A stretch of 39,535 nucleotides of DNA from an uncultured Acidimicrobiaceae bacterium. Lineage in GTDB: Bacteria > Actinomycetota > Acidimicrobiia > Spongiisociales > ZC4RG35. Under the pieces are notes generated by a model that made no database searches, was not told the origin of the DNA, and worked only from the letters and a program-made list of their open reading frames with translations. Shown here in pieces: positions 18,168 through 26,407 of this stretch. Position 1 is the stretch's first letter. Each line of letters begins with the position of its first letter. A program made the position numbers and the translations under genes. The stretch is from NCBI GenBank assembly GCA_964485005.1, contig CAZAHX010000001.1:1-39535 (forward strand). Direction: 5' to 3'.

Positions 18168-18339
18168 AGCGATATCACATCCTCAGGACTCCATGAGCAG
18201 TTCCTAGCAGACATGGTGCAAGAGAGCCCATCATCATCAATTTCAGATGCGCAAATCAGCAAACACATTCACAAACCTCACCTGGAATACCGCATAATCT
18301 CTGCCGGCTAGTGTCAAGCAAGAACCTGTTGACCGTCCG

Positions 18340-18362
18340 ATTCGAGGCTCACAGCCTCGAAT
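18340..18362. repeat. Perfect 10-bp inverted repeat (stem-loop) in a long non-coding gap
   Basis: attcgaggct-cac-agcctcgaat. There is no adjacent T or A tract, so it is not a canonical intrinsic terminator. Confidence 0.6.
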
Positions 18363-18438
18363 CCTCAGCCATTCAACGTCCGATGGCGAGGGGGTGTCAG
18401 GCGCTCGTTTTCCGCTCAGGCACTTACTCCTTTGACCG

Positions 18439-18454
18439 AGTACGCTAGCGTACT
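18439..18454. promoter_or_regulatory. Candidate operator, copy F (AGTAC-GCTAGC-GTACT, palindromic over all 16 nt)
   Basis: About 272 bp upstream of the GTG (18167) that starts the amino-acid ABC / SDR / LLM operon. Confidence 0.55.
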
Positions 18455-18663
18455 GATCACGACCGCGTCGTGTGGATTCGCCAAGATTTCACAGCCAAGG
18501 GCGAGACCGGCATGGTGGCTGTGATGGAAGATCGGGTCGAGGATCCGCGAGCAGGAACGGGGCGCGTCGATACCTCAGTGAGCTCTCTCGTGTTGGGGAC
18601 TCTACGGCCAGCCATCAATCCAGGACCCTTCCCGACTGCGGAGGCAACAGTCCTCGGCGTGCA

Positions 18664-18897
18664 TCAAGTCTGCGCCCGGTCCAGGGGTTCGGCGTCACGA
18701 GTGGCGTCTTGAACCGGGCTACAGGGAAAGCGCGTGACATCAATAGGGCAGACGCCGCGGGTGTCGACTTGGATGACTGTCTGAGCGATGTCGCCGGCGG
18801 ACCGCCCGGCGACGGCGCCCTTGGCGGTGATCGTCGCTGCCTTGGATGAACAAATGGCCAGGTGGGAGACCTGACCGATATGTCCGGATGGAGCCAT
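18664..18897 (-). CDS. Candidate small ORF (77 aa) or gene remnant downstream of the LLM gene; no family recognised
   Basis: The ATG is 25 nt after the LLM stop. Third-position GC is fairly high by eye (many NNC/NNG codons). There is no clear SD and I recognise no motif. Confidence 0.15.
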   Translation of the reverse strand: MAPSGHIGQVSHLAICSSKAATITAKGAVAGRSAGDIAQTVIQVDTRGVCPIDVTRFPCSPVQDATRDAEPLDRAQT

Positions 18898-18922
18898 CGG
18901 CGGGCCACCCGAGCGGATCGTC

Positions 18923-19789
18923 TCATAGTCGCTCGATCATTTCGACAACGGTATCTACAGCCGTGCGTGGTACCGGGTCTCCACCGGGAAAGAGACTGAT
19001 CCAATCGACCAGGCCCTCATAGCGTCGTATCTGCTGGTAGCACTCTTCCGGTGCTCCGACCACGCACATCTCGGAGACGAACCCGTCCGAGAGGTGCTCC
19101 GCCTCGGAAGGCTCCCGCGCTCCAACCGCTGCCACCTCGGTCAGCAGCTGCGGGCTGCTCCGGGACACCTCGTCCCTCAAGCTCCGGATGGCGGCCTCTC
19201 TGTCGTCCGTGACGGCGCACCGAACGAGAACACCCCGCTCGATGCGCCTGCTCGATGTCTTCTCGCCGTCCTCCACCGCCGGTGCTATCACCTTCCGAAG
19301 CCAGTCGATGGTGTGGACCCGGCTGATCAGGACACCGTCGGCGACCTCTCCGGCGAGCCTCGCCATACCGGGACGTGCCGCCGCCAGATGCACCGGCAGG
19401 CCGGGAAAGGCCATGTCGCCTCGCACGGCCGCCAGGTAGCTGCGCATGCGGGAGAGTGGTCTCGCCTGCTGGTCCCTGGTGTTGGGGACGCCGGCCCCCA
19501 GACCGAGGACGTAACGTCCGGGTGCCAACCCATGCACCGTCGCTGCCGCTCGGGCGGCAAGAGCTGGGGGATGATGCCAGGAGGCGACGGCCGACATGAT
19601 CCGGGTCGACCGTGTCGCCACAGCCATGGCCGCCGCCGACACGTACCCGTCCCAGGTCGCCTCGCCCACACCGATCGTGTCGACGCCTGCCGCCTCCAGT
19701 CTCCCGGCATAGGTGATGGCGTCGGCGAGTTCGAGGCCGGGCACGCTGAGAGCGACTCCCAGACGGATCGAACGCTTCTCCCCGGTCAT
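18923..19789 (-). CDS. LLM-class (luciferase-like) oxidoreductase
   Basis: 288 aa. ATG 19789 forms an ATGA overlap with the upstream PrpD-family stop. Motifs: GVDTIGVGE...YVLGLGAG. Confidence 0.8.
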   Translation of the reverse strand: MTGEKRSIRLGVALSVPGLELADAITYAGRLEAAGVDTIGVGEATWDGYVSAAAMAVATRSTRIMSAVASWHHPPALAARAAATVHGLAPGRYVLGLGAGVPNTRDQQARPLSRMRSYLAAVRGDMAFPGLPVHLAAARPGMARLAGEVADGVLISRVHTIDWLRKVIAPAVEDGEKTSSRRIERGVLVRCAVTDDREAAIRSLRDEVSRSSPQLLTEVAAVGAREPSEAEHLSDGFVSEMCVVGAPEECYQQIRRYEGLVDWISLFPGGDPVPRTAVDTVVEMIERL

Positions 19790-21186
19790 TTCGTGGCGGC
19801 TGCGAGCAGTTCCGAGACGGACCCGGCCGAAGGCAGACCTGCGACCGCGTCCCGCAATCCCGACACGCTCGCTGCTCCCAGAACCGGCTCGACGTTGAGG
19901 GACACCTTCGTGCCGAGGTCCTCATCGGTCAGGGGGCGCTCGGGCCCACCCCGAGTGTGTTCTACCCGGTGCTCCCACACGGCCCCATCGCGAAGGGTGG
20001 CGCGGAGGACGGCCGGTAGCTGGTGAGGGAAAACCCGGGACGCCTCGTCATCGACGACGCACACCACCCGGGCGGCCAGGTCCAAGCGGCGGGGATCTCT
20101 CACTGACTCGTCGGTGAAGTCGGATAAGGCAACTCCCAGACCTCCGCCCCCCAAGAGGGCCGCCGCAACCGTGAACGGTCCGCTGAACTTGGCGTGGTGC
20201 CCGGACCGGGGCCTGGCCTTCTCGTCGGGTGGTTCGGCGATGGTGCGCAACACCGGCTCAGGGACACCCAGCTCCAACGACTGGATCTCGTCGGGGCAGA
20301 CTCCTTGGGCCCGCAGAGCCATCGCCGCGTCGATGCCGGCGTGGGTGAAGTGGTTGGTGGGGTAGGGCTTGATGAACAGCCGGGATATCTCCCAGTGCTC
20401 CCCCAGCCCTCCGATCAGCCGCCCCTGGTCGAACCCCCCGGTGTGGGACTCGAAGAAACCGAACCGGCCTTCGATGGCTGTGGGCGGGCCGGTCATCGCG
20501 GCCCCCGCCAGCTCGACGGCGGTGATTCCCGCCTGAGCAGCCCACCCGCAGTGGAACGGCTTGACTGTTCCGCCGGTCCGGTTGGCCTCCAGGATCCCCG
20601 AGCCGAGAGAGGCGGCGATGGCAAGGGCGTGGGCCATCGTCTCGGTGTCGGCACCGGATACGAGGGAGGCGCCCGCGGCTGCACCCACCGCTCCGCATAT
20701 CGAGGTGGCGTGGAATCCCCGCTCGAAGAACACCGAGTTGCGCAGGGCGGGGTCGTAGGCGGCCATCCCCAGGCGACAGGCGATCTCGTTGCCTACCGCC
20801 ACCGCCGTCAGCAGGTCCGCCCCCGGTACTCCGTGGGCTTCGGCGGCCGCGAGCACGGCGGGAGCGACCGAAGCGGAGGGATGGAGCACCGAGGGAAGAT
20901 GGGTATCGTCGAAGTCGAGGGCATGAGCCATGGTTCCGTTGACCATGGCGGCGGCCGCAGCTGGGAGGCGCTCTCCCGTCACGAGCACGGTCGCCTCCTC
21001 CCGACCACCCCGGCGGGTAGCCACCTCCCGGACCGACGCCACCGGGGACTCTCCCGAACCGGCCACCGCCACCCCAAGCAGGTCGAGGAGGGTCCTCTGC
21101 ACCGATTCGGTCAAGGACGGGCTCAGAGGCCGGGCCCGGGTAGCGCCGGCGAAGGCGGCAAGATGGCCTACCAGCCCGTCAGGCAT
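19786..21186 (-). CDS. MmgE/PrpD family protein (2-methylcitrate dehydratase-like fold)
   Basis: 466 aa. NGTMAHALDFDDTHLPSVLHPSASVAPAVLAAAE is the family signature. It overlaps the upstream gene's stop by 8 bp. Confidence 0.9.
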   Translation of the reverse strand: MPDGLVGHLAAFAGATRARPLSPSLTESVQRTLLDLLGVAVAGSGESPVASVREVATRRGGREEATVLVTGERLPAAAAAMVNGTMAHALDFDDTHLPSVLHPSASVAPAVLAAAEAHGVPGADLLTAVAVGNEIACRLGMAAYDPALRNSVFFERGFHATSICGAVGAAAGASLVSGADTETMAHALAIAASLGSGILEANRTGGTVKPFHCGWAAQAGITAVELAGAAMTGPPTAIEGRFGFFESHTGGFDQGRLIGGLGEHWEISRLFIKPYPTNHFTHAGIDAAMALRAQGVCPDEIQSLELGVPEPVLRTIAEPPDEKARPRSGHHAKFSGPFTVAAALLGGGGLGVALSDFTDESVRDPRRLDLAARVVCVVDDEASRVFPHQLPAVLRATLRDGAVWEHRVEHTRGGPERPLTDEDLGTKVSLNVEPVLGAASVSGLRDAVAGLPSAGSVSELLAAATK

Positions 21187-21982
21187 CGATCAGGGCGAGA
21201 GGGCGGAGAGGCGACCCGGTGGCTCCCCGCAGGTTCAGGGGGACACCGACGAAGCCGAACTCGTAGATGCCGGTGGCGGCGAGGCCCTCGAGGTTCATCG
21301 CCTCGATGATGTGGATGCCCGACTCGACAAGGAGCAGGCGATGTACCGGAAGGAGGGCGTGGCCGGCTCCCGGACGGATCGCTTCATAGGCGACGGTCTC
21401 GGCACCGGTAACACCGATGCGTCGGTCGGCCAGCCAGGCGGCCGCCTCCTCGCCGGGACCGGGGGCGCCATCGACCTGACCCAGAAACACCTCGGCATTG
21501 TTCCAATGGCGGGACCAGCCGGAGCGGACGAGAACAGCGTCGCCCTCGCCCACGGCCACCCCGGCCAGTTTCTCGGCCTGCTCGAGGTCGTCGACGCTGA
21601 TCTTATAGCCCGGTTCGAGCACGTCCTCGTCGCGGGCAGCGGCAACGTCGAGAAGGACACCCCGGCCGAGGAAGGGCCGGATCTCGTCGGCGCCCAGGCG
21701 AGAGAAGCCCACCTGGGACTGGACGGAGCCCGCTTCGACACCACCGTGGAGGCGTCCCTGGTGACTCACGTGACACAAGGCGTCGACATGGGTACCAACG
21801 TGGCCCCCCATGACGATCAGCTCGTTGGCGGCGGAGCTGCCGTCGGCACGGGTCATGTCGCCGTGACGGCGGATCAGGGCCATCTGATAGGGCGGATGGT
21901 TGGGAGACACGGGCATGCCCCGCTCCCATGGATGGGCGAGATCCACGAGCTGGGCCGACGACAGATTCTCCCACAGGCTCAT
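21179..21982 (-). CDS. Cyclase family protein (kynurenine formamidase/isatin hydrolase-like)
   Basis: The ORF extends up to 22081. ATG 21982 forms an ATGA overlap with the CoA-transferase stop and gives 267 aa. HVGTHVDALCH is the family metal motif. Confidence 0.8.
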   Translation of the reverse strand: MSLWENLSSAQLVDLAHPWERGMPVSPNHPPYQMALIRRHGDMTRADGSSAANELIVMGGHVGTHVDALCHVSHQGRLHGGVEAGSVQSQVGFSRLGADEIRPFLGRGVLLDVAAARDEDVLEPGYKISVDDLEQAEKLAGVAVGEGDAVLVRSGWSRHWNNAEVFLGQVDGAPGPGEEAAAWLADRRIGVTGAETVAYEAIRPGAGHALLPVHRLLLVESGIHIIEAMNLEGLAATGIYEFGFVGVPLNLRGATGSPLRPLALIDA

Positions 21983-23178
21983 ACGACCCCTTCGGAGCGT
22001 AGACGCGCCAGCTCGGCCTCGCCGACTCCAAGCTCGCCGAGAACCTCGGCGTTGTCGGCGCCCACGGGACGTCCTGCCCACCGGATCGAGCCGGGGGTCT
22101 CCGAAAGCCGGAACATCACGTTCTGCATCCTCACCTCCCCCAGGTCGTGGTCCTCGACCCGGGCGATCGTGCCCAGAGCCTGATACTGCGGATCTTCGAA
22201 GATCTGGGTGATGTCGTAGACGGGCGCCACCGCTGCCTCGGCCTTCTCGAATTCCTCCACCACCTCGTCCAGGTCACGGTGGGCGATCCAGTTCGCCACA
22301 TAGCCGTCGAGTTGGTCGGCGTGGCGGGCCCGGTCCGACCCGGTGGCGAACCACTCCTCGTCGATGACCTCAGGATGGCCGACCAGTCGCATGACCCGTT
22401 CGGCGACCGCCTGGGCGCTGGTGGAGACCGCCACCCAACGGCCGTCGGCGGTGCGGTAGGTGTTACGGGGGGCGTTGTTGACCGACCGGTTGCCGGTGCG
22501 CTCCTGGACGATCCCGAGCTGGTCGTACCAGATGGGCTGGGGACCAAGGATGCTCAGAATCGGCTCGATGATCGCCAGGTCGACCACCTGGCCGGTGCCA
22601 CCGCCGACGTCACGGTGGTAGAGGCACATCTGGATGGCATTGGCGGCGGCCAGGGCGGCGATGCCGTCGGCCAGGCCGAAGGGGGGAAGGGTGGGGGGTC
22701 CGTCGGGTTGCCCGGTGATGGCCGCGAACCCGCTCATCGACTCGGCCAGCGTGCCGAAGCCGGGGCGGGAAGCATAAGGGCCGAACTGGCCGAAGCCGGT
22801 CACCCGGGCGAGGACCAGGCCCGGATTCACCTCCATCAGCCGGGTGGGGCTCAGGTTCCATCGCTCCAGGGTGCCGGGGCGGAAGTTCTCGATCAGGACG
22901 TCGGTCGACTGGACCAGCCGGAGCATCAGCTCCTGGCCTTGTCGACGCGAGAGATCGATGCTCGCGTTGCGCTTGTTCCGGCCCAGCATCTTCCACCACA
23001 GGTTGACGCCGTTGCGTTCATGCCCGTGGTGACGGACCGGGTCGCCCCGGGGGTGTTCCACCTTGATGACGTCGGCCCCGAAATCTCCCAGGATGGTGGC
23101 GGCCAGAGGGCCCGCGAACAGGGTGGACGCGTCGATGACTCTCACTCCGGCCAGTGGACCTCTCGGTGTGCTAGCCAC
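21979..23178 (-). CDS. Family III (CaiB/BaiF-type) CoA-transferase
   Basis: PLAGVRVIDASTLFAGPLAATILGDFGADVIKVEHP is the typical N-terminus. I prefer GTG 23178 (VASTPRGPLAG...). The ORF is open up to GTG 23268, so the start is uncertain. Confidence 0.88.
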   Translation of the reverse strand: MASTPRGPLAGVRVIDASTLFAGPLAATILGDFGADVIKVEHPRGDPVRHHGHERNGVNLWWKMLGRNKRNASIDLSRRQGQELMLRLVQSTDVLIENFRPGTLERWNLSPTRLMEVNPGLVLARVTGFGQFGPYASRPGFGTLAESMSGFAAITGQPDGPPTLPPFGLADGIAALAAANAIQMCLYHRDVGGGTGQVVDLAIIEPILSILGPQPIWYDQLGIVQERTGNRSVNNAPRNTYRTADGRWVAVSTSAQAVAERVMRLVGHPEVIDEEWFATGSDRARHADQLDGYVANWIAHRDLDEVVEEFEKAEAAVAPVYDITQIFEDPQYQALGTIARVEDHDLGEVRMQNVMFRLSETPGSIRWAGRPVGADNAEVLGELGVGEAELARLRSEGVV

Positions 23179-23258
23179 TATGTTCCACGCGACGGAATCA
23201 CGTTCCGAAACTATAACAGCGGGGTTGCACCCGTCCCTCAACGAATCGGAGTTCGGTC

Positions 23259-24104
23259 TTGGTCCCACATTCCTACCTATATGTGCCCGGAGACCGGCCG
23301 GAGATGCTCACGGGGGCCCTCGGCCGGGGAGCCGACGCCTTGATCGTCGACCTGGAGGACTCGGTGGCGCCCTCTCACAAAGACGAGGCCCGAGAGATCG
23401 TCGCCGGCTGGCTGAGCGACCTTCCGGCGAATTCGCCCCTGCCCGAGATCTGGATCCGCGTCAACCACGGCCCCGATGGCGTGCCCGGGGGCGACATGGC
23501 ACTCGTCCGGCTCGGCCCGGTGACGGGTATCACCCTGCCCAAGACCGAGAGCCCCGAGCAAGTGGAGAACGTGGGCAGGCAAGCCTCGGGGGGGGTGATC
23601 CCCCTGATCGAGTCAGCCAGAGGCATGCTCTGCGCCGATGCCGTCGGCCGGGCGCCTCAGGTGACGCGGCTGGCGCTGGGCGAGGCCGACCTGGCTGCCG
23701 ACCTCGGATGTGAGCCCTCCCCAGACGTGCTCCATCCCTTGCGCATGTCGATTGTCGTCTCCTCGGCCGCCGCCGGCCTTCCTCGCCCCATCGGGCCTGT
23801 CTCCACCGACTTCAACGACATGGAGGATTTCCGGCGTTCCAACCGGGAGTTGAAACGGATTGGCTTCGGAGCCCGCTCGGCCATCCATCCCGTCCAGGTG
23901 GGACCCATCAACGAGGTGTTCGCCCCCGATCCGAACGAGATCGAAGCCGCTCGGCGGGTCGTCCGCGAGGCCGACGAGGCCCAGGCCGCCGGCTCAGGGG
24001 TGTTCTTGGCAGAGGACGGCCGCATGGTCGACGCCGCCGTCGTTCGTCGGGCCCGTCGACTCCTCGACGAGTCCGAGGCCGGAACTGAAGGCGATCGGCA
24101 CTAG
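23259..24104 (+). CDS. HpcH/HpaI aldolase / citrate-lyase beta subunit (CitE)-like acyl-CoA lyase
   Basis: 281 aa from TTG 23259. Motifs: SYLYVPGDRPEM...GADALIVDLEDSVAP...IPLIESARG...LALGEADLAADLG. Confidence 0.85.
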   Translation: MVPHSYLYVPGDRPEMLTGALGRGADALIVDLEDSVAPSHKDEAREIVAGWLSDLPANSPLPEIWIRVNHGPDGVPGGDMALVRLGPVTGITLPKTESPEQVENVGRQASGGVIPLIESARGMLCADAVGRAPQVTRLALGEADLAADLGCEPSPDVLHPLRMSIVVSSAAAGLPRPIGPVSTDFNDMEDFRRSNRELKRIGFGARSAIHPVQVGPINEVFAPDPNEIEAARRVVREADEAQAAGSGVFLAEDGRMVDAAVVRRARRLLDESEAGTEGDRH

Positions 24105-24148
24105 GAGGACGCTCCTCCGGAACCGACCGGTACAGTCAGGTCCCGCCG

Positions 24149-24928
24149 ATGAACGCCACCGAAACCCCTCGCAGCCAGACGATCGCCACCGTGGAGCGGG
24201 CCGCCGATGTGCTCAACGCCTTCACTCGGGCGGACGGGGAAACGCTGGGCGTGACCGAGTTGGCTGACACACTCGGCCTCTCCAAGGCCGTTGTCCATCG
24301 CATCCTCAGCTCGCTGCGGATGAAGGGCTTCGTCGAGGTCCACGAGGGGACCCGCCGCTACTCCCTCGGGCCCGCCGCTCTCGCCCTCGGCCTCACCTAC
24401 CTCCAGGGCATCGACGTGCGAGACCGAGCCCGCCCGGTCCTCCGCGAGCTGAGCGAACGCACCAACGAGACGGCGACCCTGTCGGTACGGCGCGGAGACA
24501 GCCGCATATACGTCGACCAGATCACCCCGCCCCGCGAGGTGCGGATGACGGTGCGGCTCGGCCACCCCTACCCCCTTCACGCCGGCGGCTCCTCCAAGAC
24601 ATTCCTGGCCCATCTTCCCGAAGAAGAAGTTGATGCCTACCTTGCCAGGGACCTCGAGAGGCTGACGCCGACAACCATCGTCGACAAGACGAAGCTCCGC
24701 GCCGAGATAGAACGCATCCGCCGGGCGGGATACGGGATCTCGTTCGGCGAGCGCCAGGACGGCGCCGGGTCGGTAGCGGCGCCGGTGTTCGACCACGAGG
24801 GAGGCCCGGTGGCGGTGATCAGCGTTTGCGGTCCGGTCGAGAGATTCCGCGGCGAAGTCGAGGACATCGCTCCGTTGCTGCTCGAAGCCACCAGGCGGCT
24901 CTCCCGTCAGCTCGGCTGGAAGCCCTAG
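24149..24928 (+). CDS. IclR family transcriptional regulator
   Basis: 259 aa. HTH region VERAADVLNAFTR...LGVTELADTLGLSKAVVHRILSSLRMKGFVE, followed by an IclR effector domain (GYGISFGERQDGAGSVAAPV). Confidence 0.9.
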   Translation: MNATETPRSQTIATVERAADVLNAFTRADGETLGVTELADTLGLSKAVVHRILSSLRMKGFVEVHEGTRRYSLGPAALALGLTYLQGIDVRDRARPVLRELSERTNETATLSVRRGDSRIYVDQITPPREVRMTVRLGHPYPLHAGGSSKTFLAHLPEEEVDAYLARDLERLTPTTIVDKTKLRAEIERIRRAGYGISFGERQDGAGSVAAPVFDHEGGPVAVISVCGPVERFRGEVEDIAPLLLEATRRLSRQLGWKP

Positions 24929-26382
24929 CCGCCGGGACGGGAGATGTAATGCCCGGTGGGCTCTCCCACCACCTGGCCGTCGTCGAGAATGCGGTTGCCC
25001 CGCAGGAACACGTGCTTGACACGGGCGGTCAGCTCGTGGCCCTCGAAAGGGGAGTACTCCTGGGTCGACTCGGACCTCGCCGCCTCCACCGTCCACGACT
25101 CATCGGGGTCGAGGAGCACGACGTCGGCATCGAACCCGGGGGCGAGGTCGCCCTTGTTGTCAAGACCGAAACGCCGGGCGGGGTTCCGCGACACCAGCTC
25201 TGCGACCCGGTTGGGCGTAAGGCCCCGGCGGCGACCCTCGCTGAACAGGCCGGCGAGCAGGTACTCGGTCCCTCCGAAGCCGGACTTGGCCTGCCAGATG
25301 TCGTCTGGATCGGAGCCCAGCTTGGTGGCCTCCCGACAGCAGGCGTGGTCGGACACGACCCAGTCGATTTCGCCGGCAGTCACCGCCTCCCATAGCGCCT
25401 CCACGTCGGCGCGGGGACGGATGGGCGGGTTCACCTTCCCGTAGAGCCCCCCGGCATGGTCGAGGTCGGCGAGGAGGTGGCCAACCGTGACCTCCCTTCG
25501 CATGTCGAGCTCGGGAAACACCTTCGCCATGAGACGCGCCGCCTCCACCGCCCGCAACGACGACAGGTGGAGCAGGTTGATGTTGGGGAACGCGGTCACG
25601 TGAGCGAGATAGGCGGCGATGGTGATGGCCAGCCCCTCAGAGTGGGGCGGGCGGGCGGCCGAGTAGGCGGCCAGGCCCCGGAGGTCGGGATCCGCCTCCG
25701 CCATCTCGGTGTATGCGGTCATGATCTCGGCGCTCTCGCAGTGCAGGCTCACCGATATCTGGTCGGCGATGTGGGGATGCGACTCCCGGGCCGCCTGAGC
25801 CTCGCGCATGATGAACTCGAAATGGGCGTAGTCGTAGCGCTCGCCGGGGGACGTCATCAAGAACGAGGCCTGATCGTCGGAGCGGCCGTGGAGGCCGTGA
25901 CCTCCGTAAAACATGAAGATCTTGAAGGAGGGCACCCCGAAATCGTCGATCAGCAGCGGCATCTCGTCGATGTGGCGCCGTTCGATGGGCGCTAGGTGAA
26001 AGGCATAGTCGACGTGGGCGAGGCCCGAGGTGGTTGCGAGCACCTCGGGAAAGAACTCGGCGTAGGGCCCGCCCCTGTTCAAGTAGTACTGGCCGGTCCG
26101 GAAGTACGTCATGGCGGTGGTAGTCCCGCCCTGGGCGGCAGCCCGGCTTTCGCTGACGGCGTCCTCGGACAGGGGGTTGTAGATGCCCCAGTGGCAGTGG
26201 GCATCGACCACACCGGGGAACGCGAGGAGCCCGGCGGCGTCGACCACCTGGGCGTTGTTGGCTTCCAGGTTCGGTCCGATGGCGGCGATCTCTCCGGAGC
26301 GGACGGCAATGTCGGCGGTCTCGGTTGCCGCCGCACCGGGGCGCACCACTTCCGCACCCCGGATCACCAGATCGTATTGCAT
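24925..26382 (-). CDS. Cyclic amidohydrolase, dihydropyrimidinase/D-hydantoinase/allantoinase-like
   Basis: The ORF extends up to 26520. ATG 26382 is preceded by AAGGAGGAG and gives 485 aa. Motifs: GVVDAHCHW (HxH), SFKIFMFYGG (carboxylated-Lys context), VSLHCES, LLHLSS, VSDHACC. Confidence 0.85.
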   Translation of the reverse strand: MQYDLVIRGAEVVRPGAAATETADIAVRSGEIAAIGPNLEANNAQVVDAAGLLAFPGVVDAHCHWGIYNPLSEDAVSESRAAAQGGTTTAMTYFRTGQYYLNRGGPYAEFFPEVLATTSGLAHVDYAFHLAPIERRHIDEMPLLIDDFGVPSFKIFMFYGGHGLHGRSDDQASFLMTSPGERYDYAHFEFIMREAQAARESHPHIADQISVSLHCESAEIMTAYTEMAEADPDLRGLAAYSAARPPHSEGLAITIAAYLAHVTAFPNINLLHLSSLRAVEAARLMAKVFPELDMRREVTVGHLLADLDHAGGLYGKVNPPIRPRADVEALWEAVTAGEIDWVVSDHACCREATKLGSDPDDIWQAKSGFGGTEYLLAGLFSEGRRRGLTPNRVAELVSRNPARRFGLDNKGDLAPGFDADVVLLDPDESWTVEAARSESTQEYSPFEGHELTARVKHVFLRGNRILDDGQVVGEPTGHYISRPGG

Positions 26383-26407
26383 TGCTCCTCCTTGTCTCGG
26401 CGGGGTC

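Noticed and set aside
18312-18317. Minus-strand TTGACA hexamer as a -35 element for the amino-acid ABC operon
   Set aside because: No acceptable TAnnnT or TATAAT-like hexamer lies 16-19 nt downstream; the candidates are tgcggt and cggtat. It is left uncalled.
18340-18372. tRNA-like TCGAATCC word next to the 10-bp hairpin
   Set aside because: The flanking bases cannot form a T-arm. No acceptor, D or anticodon arms can be drawn. It is not a tRNA or a tRNA fragment.
24925-24928. Convergent genes share overlapping stop codons in a CTAG tetranucleotide (IclR and dihydropyrimidinase-like). There is also a 22-bp convergent overlap at 30481-30502.
   Set aside because: This is real but commonplace in compact high-GC genomes. 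There is no evidence of regulatory significance.
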